Source: an uncultured bacterium (GTDB lineage Bacteria; Desulfobacterota; DSM-4660; Desulfatiglandales; CALKZT01). From it: DNA of 53,887 bases. The notes under the pieces were generated by a model. It was not told where the DNA came from. It worked only from the letters and a program-made list of their open reading frames with translations, and made no database searches. Shown piece after piece: positions 12,987 to 23,302 of this stretch; positions within the stretch are counted from its first letter, which is position 1; every line of letters starts with the position of its first letter. The stretch lies in NCBI GenBank assembly GCA_938002815.1, contig CALKZT010000079.1:1-53887 (forward strand), read 5' to 3'. The position numbers and the translations under genes were made by a program.

Positions 12987-13316
12987 TCAGAGGAGCCCCC
13001 CTAACCCTGGGATGCTGAGGCCCCTTGTGATGGATGACATCCCCTCATTTACCATTGCCTTGCTCTTGGATATGGCATCATTGACTGCTGCCACTATGAG
13101 ATCCTGTAACATCTCCTGATCTTCAGGGTTTATTACCTCTCTCTCTATGGAGATGGAGATGATCTCCTGGCGGCCATTGGCCACCACGGTCACCATCCCT
13201 CCTCCTGCAGAGCCGGTGACCTGCTTTTCCCCCAATTCCTCTTGGAGCTTTGCGATCTTGGCCTGGAGTTCCTGAGCCTGTTTCATAAGCTGTCCTACAT
13301 TACCAAATCCCTTCAT
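12987..13316 (-). CDS. ybaB: YbaB/EbfC nucleoid-associated protein
   Basis: MKQAQELQ, GSAGGGMVTV, EMLQDLIVAAVNDA; start moved to ATG 13316 after GGAGG. Confidence 0.95.
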   Translation of the reverse strand: MKGFGNVGQLMKQAQELQAKIAKLQEELGEKQVTGSAGGGMVTVVANGRQEIISISIEREVINPEDQEMLQDLIVAAVNDAISKSKAMVNEGMSSITRGLSIPGLGGLL

Positions 13317-13326
13317 TGATAACCTC

Positions 13327-14877
13327 CTAATCCATCTGGATTGTGCCATTGGGTACAATTTGGGCACCGAATCTCTTTATCAACTCGGAGATGGCGCTCC
13401 TTCTTTCCGCTAGGTCTTCTTTCCTCTCCCGAACTGTAACCCTTATTTCCTTTCCAAAGTACTCCTTCAAGAGCTGAGATAGCTCTGAGATCTTCTGTGG
13501 GTCTTTTAGATAATCCTTTAAGACAGGATGCTCTGGCGGAACCAATACCAGCTCATCCTCCTTGAGGGATACGATCTCCCAATGGGAAAGACTCCTGGAG
13601 ACCATAGGTTTCTTCTTTTTTAGGGATTCCAAAAACCCCTCCCAGTCCTTTGGGGCTTTGGTATCCCTTTGAGGCAAACCCCCCTCTTCTGAACCCACAT
13701 GGGCTTGCCCTGCCACCCTCTCAGAAATGGGGAGGGTGGGGGTGTCCGATCTGGTACTGAGGGCATCCAAGAGCTTCCCCAGAGGAAGGAGCTCCCCCCC
13801 TATACTCAGCCTGACCAGGATCACCTCCAAAAGGATCCTGATCTCATCGGTGTACCTCAGGAGTTCAAAGTGCTTTAACATAAGGCCAAGCAGGATGCTC
13901 AAGATCTCGGGTGAGAGGGACCTTGTTATACGCAATATGAGATCCTCCTTCCATGGAGGTATCCCCAGGTCCTTTGCCTCAGCACCTGAAAGGTAATAGA
14001 GGGCATCCTTAAATATCTCCATTATGGCCTTATAAAACTCCTTTAGGTCATAGCCCTTCTCATAGGCAATCTTTACGGTCTCAAATATCCCCTTGGGGTT
14101 CCTCTCGGCTATGGCAATACAGGCCTCACTAACAAGGGCAGATTCTATTTCGCCCAATAGTTCTTCTACCTCCTCATGGGTCACCTTAGGGCCCACAAAG
14201 GTGATGAGTTGATCCAAAAGGCTTTGGGCATCCCTCATGCTGCCTTCTGACCTCTTTACAATTAGCTCTATTGCGGCATCCTCAATCTGGATCCCCTCCT
14301 TTTGGGCCACCCTCAGGAGGTGCCTTGCCATCTCTTCCGGAGGGATCCTCCTGAAATCGAATCTCTGGCACCTGGAAAGTATCGTGGCAGGTACCTTGTG
14401 GGGTTCTGTGGTGGCAAAGATAAATACCACATGGCTCGGGGGCTCTTCTAAGGTCTTCAGCAGGGCATTGAAGGCATGGATGGTGAGCATGTGGACCTCG
14501 TCTATGATAAAGACCCTCTTCTTGCCTAAGGTGGGGAGGTATTTTACGTTCTCCCTCAGGTTTCTGATCTCCTCGATCCCCCTGTTGCTGGCACCGTCTA
14601 TCTCTTGCACATCGGGAGATATCCCTGCTGTGATCTCTTTGCAGGAGGAGCAAATGTTACAAGGGTTTGGACCAGGGCCTATCCTGCAATTTAAGGCCTT
14701 TGCAAGTATCCTGGCCACTGTGGTCTTTCCCACCCCCCTTGGCCCGCAAAATAGATAGGCCTGGCCCAATCTGCCTGAGGAGAGGGCATTCTGAAGGGTC
14801 TTCACCACAAAAGGTTGACCTATCACCTCTTCAAAGACCTGAGGTCTCCACTTCCTAGCAAGTACCTGGTATGCCAT
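13327..14877 (-). CDS. dnaX: DNA polymerase III subunit gamma/tau
   Basis: YQVLARKWRPQ, GPRGVGKTT, EIDGASN, IIDEVHML, LSRCQRF. Confidence 0.97.
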   Translation of the reverse strand: MAYQVLARKWRPQVFEEVIGQPFVVKTLQNALSSGRLGQAYLFCGPRGVGKTTVARILAKALNCRIGPGPNPCNICSSCKEITAGISPDVQEIDGASNRGIEEIRNLRENVKYLPTLGKKRVFIIDEVHMLTIHAFNALLKTLEEPPSHVVFIFATTEPHKVPATILSRCQRFDFRRIPPEEMARHLLRVAQKEGIQIEDAAIELIVKRSEGSMRDAQSLLDQLITFVGPKVTHEEVEELLGEIESALVSEACIAIAERNPKGIFETVKIAYEKGYDLKEFYKAIMEIFKDALYYLSGAEAKDLGIPPWKEDLILRITRSLSPEILSILLGLMLKHFELLRYTDEIRILLEVILVRLSIGGELLPLGKLLDALSTRSDTPTLPISERVAGQAHVGSEEGGLPQRDTKAPKDWEGFLESLKKKKPMVSRSLSHWEIVSLKEDELVLVPPEHPVLKDYLKDPQKISELSQLLKEYFGKEIRVTVRERKEDLAERRSAISELIKRFGAQIVPNGTIQMD

Positions 14878-15070
14878 CTCTCTTCTTCTATCTTAAAGCC
14901 TTTGGTGAGAAAAATCTGCTCAAAAGGGCCTGGGCTCCTCATCCCCTAAATGGATGAATTTTGGTTCCGTTCAGGGAAAAGGTCAAGTTATAAAGAGAAA
15001 CGGGGCACTTGAGGTATTTGAATTTGCTATCCATAAGGGTTAGGTTAATATGCCTTAGAAGGAGGAGAGC

Positions 15071-15385
15071 ATGAAAATACTAAGTGTAACAGAAAAAACC
15101 AGTTTTAACCAGCTCCACATGGGGAGGCTCCTGGTACACGATTCACCTCATTTTAAGATCCTCTCCTTTTCATTCCTGGAGGGGCAAGAACTTCCGGTCC
15201 ACTCCCATGAGATCGAAGGTGAGGTGAGCATTTTCGTCATAGAGGGGGAAGGTGAGTTCTTGGGGGGAGAGGTGCCCATACCTGCCAAGGCCGGAGACAT
15301 AATGATATGTAACATAAGTGAACCCCATGGCATAAGGGCCAAGGGCCCCATGAGGGTCCTTGTGACCATAGCCCCGCCAATTTAG
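15071..15385 (+). CDS. Cupin domain protein
   Basis: GQELPVHSHE and EPHGIRA cupin motifs; GGAGG RBS. Confidence 0.85.
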   Translation: MKILSVTEKTSFNQLHMGRLLVHDSPHFKILSFSFLEGQELPVHSHEIEGEVSIFVIEGEGEFLGGEVPIPAKAGDIMICNISEPHGIRAKGPMRVLVTIAPPI

Positions 15386-15460
15386 GCATGCTATTCTTAG
15401 ACAAAAGGATCTCGGCTTAGGTATAAGGGGTGCCATTGGGCTTATAGAGGGGCTGGCCTT

Positions 15461-16588
15461 ATGAGTGTGGTAATAAGAGAATGTGATTCCTATGACCCTG
15501 AATCCGTATACCGGGCCGTAGAGTCGGCCATTGGGGAATTGGGAGGGATCCGAAATTTTGTAAAGAGGGGAGAAAGGGTCCTCCTCAAGCCCAATCTCCT
15601 CTCTGCCCACGAGCCCTCCAGAAATATTACCACAAATCCAGAGGTGGTAAGGGCAGTGGCAAGGCTCTGCAAGGATGTTGGAGCTCATGTGGCAATAGGC
15701 GATAGCCCTGCACTGGATTCCTTCCAAAGGGTATGTGTAAAGACAGGTATGGTGGGGATCGCCGATGAGTTAAATATCGATTTGGTTGAATTTACCCACC
15801 CAGCAGTTGTTAGGGATATCTCCAAGAATGTATTTAAGAGAATAGAACTCGCAAAACAGGTCTTTGAAGCAGACAAGATAATAAACATTCCAAAGCTAAA
15901 GACCCATTCCCAGATGTTAATGACATTGGGGGTGAAAAACAATTTTGGCACTGTTGTGAAACAGGCAAAGGCAGAATGGCATTCCACAGCAGGGACAAGC
16001 AGGGAGCTCTTTGCCACTTTGCTTTTGGATATATATCTGAGCGTAAGGCCATCCCTTACAATCTTAGATGGAATATGGGGTATGGAAGGGATGGGACCTA
16101 CTAACGGAGTTTCTAAACACATAGGGATAGTAGCAGCCTCAGAACATGCCATACTCCTTGATTTGGCTGTACTTACGATGCTAAATATTGAATGGGAAAG
16201 GTTTCCGGTATTCAGACAGGCTAAGCTTAGAAATTTAATAGATCCTTCCATTGAACCTTCAAGTTTTAAAGGGATCATACCTGACAAATTTAGCAAAATC
16301 CCATTTTCTATCCCCAAGCTGGATTCGATGAATGTGATCCCAAAGGGGCTTGAGGCATTAACGAGAAAATACCTGGTCTCTAAGCCCTTGATAGTTAAGG
16401 AGCTCTGTGAAAGATGTGAAAGGTGTAGGAGCATATGTCCGAAGGGGGCCATAAAGAGGGTGCGAAATGAGCTTACAATCGACTATGATTTGTGTATCAG
16501 GTGTTACTGCTGCCAGGAGGTATGTGATAGGGATGCAATAAGGTTCAAAAAGGGGATCTTCTTAAAGATTACGGAAAGGTTATTTTAG
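15461..16588 (+). CDS. DUF362 domain protein with C-terminal 2x[4Fe-4S] ferredoxin
   Basis: VLLKPNL, INIPKLKTH, GMEGMGP; two CxxCxxCxxxC motifs. Confidence 0.9.
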   Translation: MSVVIRECDSYDPESVYRAVESAIGELGGIRNFVKRGERVLLKPNLLSAHEPSRNITTNPEVVRAVARLCKDVGAHVAIGDSPALDSFQRVCVKTGMVGIADELNIDLVEFTHPAVVRDISKNVFKRIELAKQVFEADKIINIPKLKTHSQMLMTLGVKNNFGTVVKQAKAEWHSTAGTSRELFATLLLDIYLSVRPSLTILDGIWGMEGMGPTNGVSKHIGIVAASEHAILLDLAVLTMLNIEWERFPVFRQAKLRNLIDPSIEPSSFKGIIPDKFSKIPFSIPKLDSMNVIPKGLEALTRKYLVSKPLIVKELCERCERCRSICPKGAIKRVRNELTIDYDLCIRCYCCQEVCDRDAIRFKKGIFLKITERLF

Positions 16589-16654
16589 CTGGGCCAGGTC
16601 TTGATCTCAGCCTCTTCTCCCAAGATTTGGGCTGCCTTTGGGATTTGGGGAGGT

Positions 16655-17010
16655 TGGTGGAGGCGGAGGGAATCGAACCCTCGTCCGGAAACCTTCAGCC
16701 TGAGCCTCTACATGCTTATCCTGATCTATGATTTTCGCCTGAGATGGCCCGACCAGGAAGGGCCCAATCAGGCAACCCTGATAAGATCTTCGCCTTGAAT
16801 GGTATCAGGGCCCCATCCAGGGCTATCCTGCATGGTCCACGCCCCCCAAGTTCCGCAGGAAGGAAGATGGGGAACGCTGGCCTAATTAAGCGGCCAGGGC
16901 ATATGCATAATCGTCGGCACTTATTGTGTCTTCCACCTGTTTAACGAGCAGGTAGCACCTCGGCATGCAACTCAGACCTCAATTGTCCCCGTCGAACCCA
17001 GTTCGCCCCC
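16655..17010 (-). ncRNA. ssrA: tmRNA; tag peptide (A)ADDYAYALAA encoded at 16918-16886
   Basis: Minus strand begins GGGGGCGAACTGGGTTCGACGGG and ends GGGTTCGATTCCCTCCGCCTCCACCA; 356 nt; internal tag ORF ends ALAA-TAA. Confidence 0.96.
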
Positions 17011-17018
17011 GTAGTTTC

Positions 17019-17046
17019 ATAATAGGAACCCAGGGCCTTGTGTCAA
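17019..17046 (-). promoter_or_regulatory. Sigma70-type promoter of ssrA
   Basis: Minus strand TTGACA-N16-TATTAT just upstream of the tmRNA 5' end. Confidence 0.6.
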
Positions 17047-17178
17047 GGAAAATCGATTTTATGGGAGAAAACTTTTCCTTGAAAATTCCCCTTCAATGGT
17101 TTAATAGCCAATGACCTAGCCCAAGGTTATGGCTAATTCTTACCTTCAGGCTATGATGAACTTTGGAGAAACAGGGAG

Positions 17179-17415
17179 ATGGTTTCCAAGGAAAAGAGAG
17201 GGTATATCGTAATAGACAGAGAGCTTTGCAAAGGCTGCTATCTGTGTATGGCCTTTTGCCCGAGGCAGAGGATTGTGGCTTCGTCTTCTCTGAACCAAAA
17301 GGGTTATTATCCCATAGAGTTCAAAGAATCTGATGATCCGAAGGAGATGTGTACAGGGTGTGGCACGTGTGCCACCATGTGCCCAGATGTTGCAATAGAG
17401 GTGTACCGTGAGTGA
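17179..17415 (+). CDS. 2-oxoacid:ferredoxin oxidoreductase delta subunit (2x[4Fe-4S])
   Basis: CKGCYLCMAFCP and CTGCGTCATMCP; first gene of the oxidoreductase operon. Confidence 0.92.
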   Translation: MVSKEKRGYIVIDRELCKGCYLCMAFCPRQRIVASSSLNQKGYYPIEFKESDDPKEMCTGCGTCATMCPDVAIEVYRE

Positions 17416-18496
17416 AAAGGTATTAATGAGAGGAACGCATGTTATAGGAGAGGCTGCCATAAGGGCAGGCTGCAGGTTTTATGCAGGTTATCCCATAACA
17501 CCCCAAAATGAGCTTACAGAGTACATGGCCGCTCAGATGGCAAGATACCCAGGAAGGGTCTTTATACAGGCAGAGAGTGAGCTCTCTGCAATAAATATGG
17601 TAATTGGGGCTTCAATGGCAGGAGCAAGGGCCATGACCTCTTCTTCAAGCCCCGGGATCAGCCTAAAACAGGAAGGGATCTCGTATCTGGCAGGCCAGGA
17701 GCTTCCGGCTGTAATAGTGAATACCGTAAGGGGTGGACCAGGACTCGGGAATATTGCGCCCACACAGGGGGATTATTTCCAGGCCACCAGGGGTGGAGGT
17801 CACGGGGATTACAGGACCATTGTACTGGCTCCCTATTCAGGCCAGGAGCTGGCAGATCTCACTGTGAAGGCATTCGAATACGCCGATCGTTATAGGAATC
17901 CGGTAATGATCTTAGCCGATGGCATGATGGGCCAGATGATGGAACCTGTTGTGCTCCCTGAACCTATAGATCCCGTTACTCTTCCCAAGGGGGACTATAT
18001 CTTAGACGGCGCCAAGGGTAGACCCAGCAGGCTTGTCAAGTCCCTCTATCTGGATCCTCCTGTGATGGAAGAGCACAACTGGAAACTCTTCAGGAAATAT
18101 CAGCAGATTGCTAGGGAGATCACCACCTGGGAAGATTTCATGATTGAGGATGCCAAACTCGTTATAGTGGCCTACGGGACCTGTGCAAGGATAGCGAAGG
18201 GGGCTATTAGAAGGCTAAGGGAAATGGATCTGAAGGTGGGTATGCTGAGACCCATTACACTCTATCCCTTCCCCTCTAAGCCCATGAAGGAGCTCACATT
18301 AAAGGTGAAGAGTTTTCTCGTAATAGAGCTGAGCACTGGCCAGATGCTGGAGGACGTAAGGCTTGCTGTGGAGGGAAGGGCAAAGGTCCACTTTTACGGG
18401 AGACCAGGAGGGGTTGTCCCCACCCCGGATGAGATTGCAAAACACACAAACCTAATATACCACAGGCAAGGTTTGGAAGGTGAGGACTATGAGTAA
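17408..18496 (+). CDS. vorB: 2-oxoacid:ferredoxin oxidoreductase alpha subunit (VorB-like)
   Basis: GYPITPQ, QAESE, TSSSSPGISLKQE, RGGPGLG, GGGHGDY. Confidence 0.9.
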   Translation: MSEKVLMRGTHVIGEAAIRAGCRFYAGYPITPQNELTEYMAAQMARYPGRVFIQAESELSAINMVIGASMAGARAMTSSSSPGISLKQEGISYLAGQELPAVIVNTVRGGPGLGNIAPTQGDYFQATRGGGHGDYRTIVLAPYSGQELADLTVKAFEYADRYRNPVMILADGMMGQMMEPVVLPEPIDPVTLPKGDYILDGAKGRPSRLVKSLYLDPPVMEEHNWKLFRKYQQIAREITTWEDFMIEDAKLVIVAYGTCARIAKGAIRRLREMDLKVGMLRPITLYPFPSKPMKELTLKVKSFLVIELSTGQMLEDVRLAVEGRAKVHFYGRPGGVVPTPDEIAKHTNLIYHRQGLEGEDYE

Positions 18497-19235
18497 GGTG
18501 ATCTACAAAAGACCCAGGTATTTAAAGCCTAATATCTTTCATTACTGTCCAGGTTGCGGCCACAGCATAATCCACAGGCTGATCGCAGAGGTATTGGAGG
18601 AGCTGGACATCGGGGAAAAGGCCATATGTGTCCCACCTGCCGGGTGTGCAGTGCTCGCATACAATTATATAGATGTGGACATGGGTGAAGCCCCACACGG
18701 CAGGGCAGCAGCGGTTGCAACGGGAATCAAAAGGATGCTTCCGGACAGGGTAGTTTTTACCTACCAGGGTGATGGGGACATAGCAGCCATAGGGACTGCA
18801 GAGATAATACACGCGGCCAACAGAGGGGAGAGGATCACGGCCATATTTGTGAATAACGGCGTATACGGCATGACAGGGGGACAAATGGCCCCTACCACCT
18901 TGCCCGGACAGATCTCTACCACAACACCCTCTGGAAGGGATTTGAGGAGGGATGGGCCACCATTGGACCTCTCTGAGATGTTGGCCATAGCCAGGGGTAG
19001 TGTATATATTGAAAGGACTGCCGTAAACTCTCCCAAGAATATCCGCAACACAAAGCGTGCAGTTGAGAAGGCCTTCAAGGTTCAGCTTGCGGACTTAGGG
19101 TTTTCCTTGGTGGAGATATTGAGTCAGTGTCCTACAAACTGGAAGATGACCCCACAAGATTCCCTAAAACATATAGATAACGTGGTGACCAAATTCTATC
19201 CCCTGAAGGTCATCAAGGACGAAACAGGCCTTTAG
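18489..19235 (+). CDS. 2-oxoacid:ferredoxin oxidoreductase beta subunit (TPP-binding)
   Basis: YCPGCGH, YQGDGD, NNGVYGMTGGQMAPTT. Confidence 0.92.
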   Translation: MSKVIYKRPRYLKPNIFHYCPGCGHSIIHRLIAEVLEELDIGEKAICVPPAGCAVLAYNYIDVDMGEAPHGRAAAVATGIKRMLPDRVVFTYQGDGDIAAIGTAEIIHAANRGERITAIFVNNGVYGMTGGQMAPTTLPGQISTTTPSGRDLRRDGPPLDLSEMLAIARGSVYIERTAVNSPKNIRNTKRAVEKAFKVQLADLGFSLVEILSQCPTNWKMTPQDSLKHIDNVVTKFYPLKVIKDETGL

Positions 19236-19253
19236 CAAGGAGCGACCGAAGAA

Positions 19254-19793
19254 ATGACCAAGAAGATGATATTTGCAGGCTTTGGAGGGCAGGGTGTGTT
19301 GATGATGGGCTATCTATTGGCCCTCTCGGCCATGAGGGACGGGAAAAACGTGACCTACCTACCTGCATATGGTGCTGAGGTGAGAGGAGGAACTGCCAAT
19401 TGCACTGTGGTTGTCTCGGACGAGGAGATTTACTCCCCTGTGGCCTCCTCCCCTGACTATGTGGTGGTTATGAACAAGCCTTCACTGAAAAAGTATGAGG
19501 GGACTATAGCCCCGGGGGGTATCCTTTTTATAAATTCAAGCCTTGTGGACATAGAACCCAACAGGACCGACATACAGGCCTTAAAGATCCCTGTAAACGA
19601 GCTTGCCAAGGAAGTGGGGTCAGATAGGGCAATAAACATGATTATGTTAGGCGCCTTTGTGGAGAAGACGGGGCTTACCTCCTTGGATTCCCTGGAGGCC
19701 TCTTTGAGATACGTCACCAAGGGGAAAGAAAAGTTTATGGAGATAAACAAGAAGGGGCTTATCAAAGGATCTGAATTTGTAAAAAGGAGCTGA
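19254..19793 (+). CDS. 2-oxoacid:ferredoxin oxidoreductase gamma subunit
   Basis: AGFGGQGV, PAYGAEVRGG, NMIMLGA. Confidence 0.93.
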   Translation: MTKKMIFAGFGGQGVLMMGYLLALSAMRDGKNVTYLPAYGAEVRGGTANCTVVVSDEEIYSPVASSPDYVVVMNKPSLKKYEGTIAPGGILFINSSLVDIEPNRTDIQALKIPVNELAKEVGSDRAINMIMLGAFVEKTGLTSLDSLEASLRYVTKGKEKFMEINKKGLIKGSEFVKRS

Positions 19794-19795
19794 GC

Positions 19796-20224
19796 ATGGA
19801 ATACGTAAAGGAAATAAAACTTAGCCTGGAGAACAAGCCAGGGACACTCTCCACAGTGAGTGAGCTTTTGGGAGCCAATGCCATAAACATCATTGCATTT
19901 TATGTGAGCACCGAAGGCCAAAAGGGGACCTTGAGATTTGTGGCAAATGACCCTGAAAAGGCAATAAATGTCTTGACCACCGCTGGTTACGGGGTTTCTA
20001 CCAAAGAGGTACTCGCCTGTGAGGCCCCTCATCACCCTGGTGGCCTAAATGCCATATTAAAGCCCTTAAAATTAGCAGGTATCAATGTGGATTACATCTA
20101 TCCCTGCCTTGGTACAGGTGCCATGACGGTGCTCATAATAGGCGTTGAGGACCCCGAAAGGGCGGAGAAGGTCCTAAAGGAAAATTGGATCCGGATATTG
20201 GGACCTGAGCTCTACCATTTCTGA
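19796..20224 (+). CDS. Tandem ACT domain protein
   Basis: LENKPGTL and PHHPGGL...GINVDYIY ACT repeats. Confidence 0.88.
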   Translation: MEYVKEIKLSLENKPGTLSTVSELLGANAINIIAFYVSTEGQKGTLRFVANDPEKAINVLTTAGYGVSTKEVLACEAPHHPGGLNAILKPLKLAGINVDYIYPCLGTGAMTVLIIGVEDPERAEKVLKENWIRILGPELYHF

Positions 20225-20279
20225 TCCATGAAAGAGATCGCCCACCTCAATTAAAAAGCTCAAAAGAGGAACCGATTGG

Positions 20280-22313
20280 ATGGCCACGGATTTGGATCTT
20301 CTGTGTATTAATGCCATTAGGGCCTTGGCCATAGATGCCATTGAAAAGGCCACCTCAGGGCATCCTGGTATGGTTTTGGGTGCAGCCCCTATGGGATATG
20401 TGATATTCAAGAAGTTTTTAAGACACAACCCCAAGAATCCCCATTGGCCTGACAGAGACAGATTTGTTCTCTCTGCCGGCCACGGGTCCATGTTATTGTA
20501 TGGGCTATTGCACCTCTCTGGTTATGATCTCTCCTTAGAGGATATAAGGGCCTTTAGGCAGTGGGATAGCAAGACCCCGGGACATCCAGAATATGGCAAG
20601 ACCCCTGGTGTGGAGACAACCACTGGTCCTTTGGGCCAAGGCTTTGCCAACGGCATTGGAATGGCAATAGCTGAGAGGTATCTGGCAGGTTATTTTAACA
20701 GGCCAGGCTTTCCCATTGTGGATCACTGGGTATACGGGATCATAAGTGACGGAGATCTCATGGAGGGGATCTCACACGAGGCTGCATCCTTGGCAGGCCA
20801 TTTGAAATTGGGACGTATCATCTATCTCTATGACTCCAACGAGATATCCATCGAGGGCAGTACCAGGATAACCTTCACCGAGGATGTAGAGAAAAGATTC
20901 GAGGCATATAACTGGCAGGTGCTCAATGTGCCGGATGGGAACGATATAGAGGCCATTGAAAAGGCGGTCTCCCTTGCAAAGGGAGAGATGACCAGGCCTT
21001 CCCTCATCATAGTAAAGACCCACATTGGATATGGGAGCCCCAACAAGCAGGGGAAGGCAGAGGCCCACGGAGAGCCCTTGGGTAAGGAAGAGGCCCTTCT
21101 CACCAAGAAAGCTTTGGGCTGGCCCCTGGACAGGGAGTTTTATGTGCCAGGGGAGGCATATGAGCACATGGCCGAGGTGGTCTTACGGGGCCAGGCCTTG
21201 GAGAGGGAATGGTCTGAGCTTTTTGAGGCCTATAGCAAGAGATATCCAGACCTTGCAAAGGAATGGAGGGTTTGGTGGGAATCATGTGTGGATCCTAAAA
21301 TCCTGGAGACCATTCCTGGCTTTGCCCCAAATCCAATAGGGATACCCACAAGGCAGGCCTCGGGAGAGATATTGAATCTTTTGGCCAGGGAGGTGAAAAA
21401 TCTCCTGGGTGGCTCTGCGGATCTGGGCCCTTCCAATAAGACCCTCATAAAAGGGCACAAGGACTTCTCCCCACCTGATTATACGGGGAGAAACTTGAGA
21501 TTCGGTGTAAGGGAGCATGCTATGGGTGCCATACTGAATGGGATGGCACTCCACGGGGGGATCATACCATATGGGGGGACCTTCTTGATATTTTCCGACT
21601 ACATGAGGCCTGCCATAAGGATGGCGGCAATGATGGGCCTAAAGCTTATATATGTCTTTACCCATGACTCCATTGGCCTGGGAGAAGATGGACCAACCCA
21701 CCAGCCTGTGGAACAGCTTCTGGGGCTCAGAAGTATACCAAACCTTGTGGTAATTAGACCTATGGACGCCAACGAGACTACCGAGGCCTGGAAGGTGGCC
21801 CTTGGGGTCAGGGGAAGGCCTGTTGCACTCTGCCTTACAAGACAGAGGGTTCCCATAGTGGATAGGAACGAGTTTGCCTCCGCCCACCTCTTGAACAAAG
21901 GGGCCTATATATTGAAAGAGGCAGATTCTTTGCCCCCGGATGTGATTCTGGTCTCCACTGGTTCAGAGGTCCATATTGCCCTGGAGGTTCAGAGGAGATT
22001 GTCCCAGAGGGGTATAAGTTCGAGACTGGTAAGTATGCCGTCTTGGGAGCTCTTCTTTGAGCAACCCAAAAGCTATAAGGATTCTCTGTTCCCAAAGGGG
22101 GTTTTAAAGGTTTCCATAGAACCAGGGATAGGCCTGGGATGGGAAAGGATAGTGGGCGACGAGGGTCTCATCATATCTCTGGATAGGTTTGGGGCCTCTG
22201 CCCCCTTTGAGGTGCTCTATGAGAGGTTCGGTTTTAGTGCCCAGGCCATCCTGGAAAGGATCGTGGAAAGGTTAAATGAGAACAAAGGGGAAGGAAACCA
22301 GGGAACCCGATGA
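20280..22313 (+). CDS. tkt: Transketolase
   Basis: [48 protein letters not shown]. Confidence 0.98.
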   Translation: MATDLDLLCINAIRALAIDAIEKATSGHPGMVLGAAPMGYVIFKKFLRHNPKNPHWPDRDRFVLSAGHGSMLLYGLLHLSGYDLSLEDIRAFRQWDSKTPGHPEYGKTPGVETTTGPLGQGFANGIGMAIAERYLAGYFNRPGFPIVDHWVYGIISDGDLMEGISHEAASLAGHLKLGRIIYLYDSNEISIEGSTRITFTEDVEKRFEAYNWQVLNVPDGNDIEAIEKAVSLAKGEMTRPSLIIVKTHIGYGSPNKQGKAEAHGEPLGKEEALLTKKALGWPLDREFYVPGEAYEHMAEVVLRGQALEREWSELFEAYSKRYPDLAKEWRVWWESCVDPKILETIPGFAPNPIGIPTRQASGEILNLLAREVKNLLGGSADLGPSNKTLIKGHKDFSPPDYTGRNLRFGVREHAMGAILNGMALHGGIIPYGGTFLIFSDYMRPAIRMAAMMGLKLIYVFTHDSIGLGEDGPTHQPVEQLLGLRSIPNLVVIRPMDANETTEAWKVALGVRGRPVALCLTRQRVPIVDRNEFASAHLLNKGAYILKEADSLPPDVILVSTGSEVHIALEVQRRLSQRGISSRLVSMPSWELFFEQPKSYKDSLFPKGVLKVSIEPGIGLGWERIVGDEGLIISLDRFGASAPFEVLYERFGFSAQAILERIVERLNENKGEGNQGTR

Positions 22314-22599
22314 ACTGAGCCCTTTGGGGAATGTGCTAAGGGTCCTTGAGGGACTTAATCCCAACCTCAACAGAGAGATATTTGAGCTTTGGAAGGCCTG
22401 GGATCAGATTATGGGCCCGGAGCTCAAGGGTATAGCAAGGCCTTCTGAGTTCAAAAAGGGGGTGCTGTTAATTAAGGTGGAAGATCCGGTCTGGTTGCAG
22501 GAACTCACACACAAAAAGGAGGAACTCTTAGAAAGGATATGGGCCCAAGTCTCCAAAGGACTCATCAAGGATATCAGGCTTGTACTTGGCAAATATTAG
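22276..22599 (+). CDS. DUF721/DciA family protein
   Basis: WDQIMG...ARP...[16 protein letters not shown] pattern; start uncertain. Confidence 0.8.
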   Translation: MRTKGKETREPDELSPLGNVLRVLEGLNPNLNREIFELWKAWDQIMGPELKGIARPSEFKKGVLLIKVEDPVWLQELTHKKEELLERIWAQVSKGLIKDIRLVLGKY

Positions 22600-23302
22600 A
22601 GTGTGAGCCCTGGCCGAAGATGGGGGGCTCGATCATGAGGCCAGGCCTTGCACCCAGCTGGGCCTCTAAGAGGAGCAGTTCTGCCCTTGAATCTGGTGTG
22701 GGATGTTGAAAAGAAACTCTTTTTGGTTCAAGTCCCTTTCTGCGGAGGCCCTGTATCAGCACCGTAGCCTGTTCGGCTGGGTAGACGAGGCATAACCTCC
22801 CCTTTGATTTGAGGAGGTACCTTGCTCCCTCTATAAGGTCATCTAAGCTCATCAGTATCTGATTCTTGGCAATTGCCTTGCTCATGTCTGGGCTCATGAG
22901 ACAGGAGCTGGGTCTTCTAAAGGGAGGATTTGAAAGGACCATGTCTATACAGCCCCTTTTAAGGGGGATATATCTTATGTCTCCATGGATGACAGAGAAT
23001 CTCTCCTGAAGGCGGTTTAGTATGCTATTCCTCATGGCCTGATGGGCTAGCTCTTTTTGGATCTCAATTCCAATGATATGGGCATTGGCACCCATTGCAA
23101 GGAGACTTAGGGCCACAACCCCACAGCCTGTCCCCAAGTCCACCAGGAGCCCCTTTGCATGCCTCAGGGCAAATTCCGCAAGCAAAATCGCATCTATGCT
23201 GAATCTGTAGCCCTTTTTAGACTGGATTATCCTGAGCTTACCCCAGAGTATCTCATCTACAGATTCCTCGGGACTTACACTAACGCTCTGATTCAGGGAC
23301 AT
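22574..23302 (-). CDS. tRNA1(Val) adenine-N6 methyltransferase-like protein (TrmN6/YfiC family)
   Basis: GYRFSIDAILL, DLGTGCG, GIEIQ, NPPF. Confidence 0.88.
   Translation of the reverse strand: MSLNQSVSVSPEESVDEILWGKLRIIQSKKGYRFSIDAILLAEFALRHAKGLLVDLGTGCGVVALSLLAMGANAHIIGIEIQKELAHQAMRNSILNRLQERFSVIHGDIRYIPLKRGCIDMVLSNPPFRRPSSCLMSPDMSKAIAKNQILMSLDDLIEGARYLLKSKGRLCLVYPAEQATVLIQGLRRKGLEPKRVSFQHPTPDSRAELLLLEAQLGARPGLMIEPPIFGQGSHSNICQVQA

Noticed and set aside
14878-15070. SRP RNA (ffs), often found upstream of dnaX
   Set aside because: No conserved SRP domain IV motif was recognisable on either strand.
14878-16655. Possible genomic island integrated at the ssrA 3' end
   Set aside because: No integrase and no duplicated ssrA 3' end were seen; the flanking genes look native.
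16601-16944. Two short plus-strand ORFs
   Set aside because: They lie antisense to the tmRNA; WWRRRESNP is the typical translation of a reversed tRNA-like 3' end.
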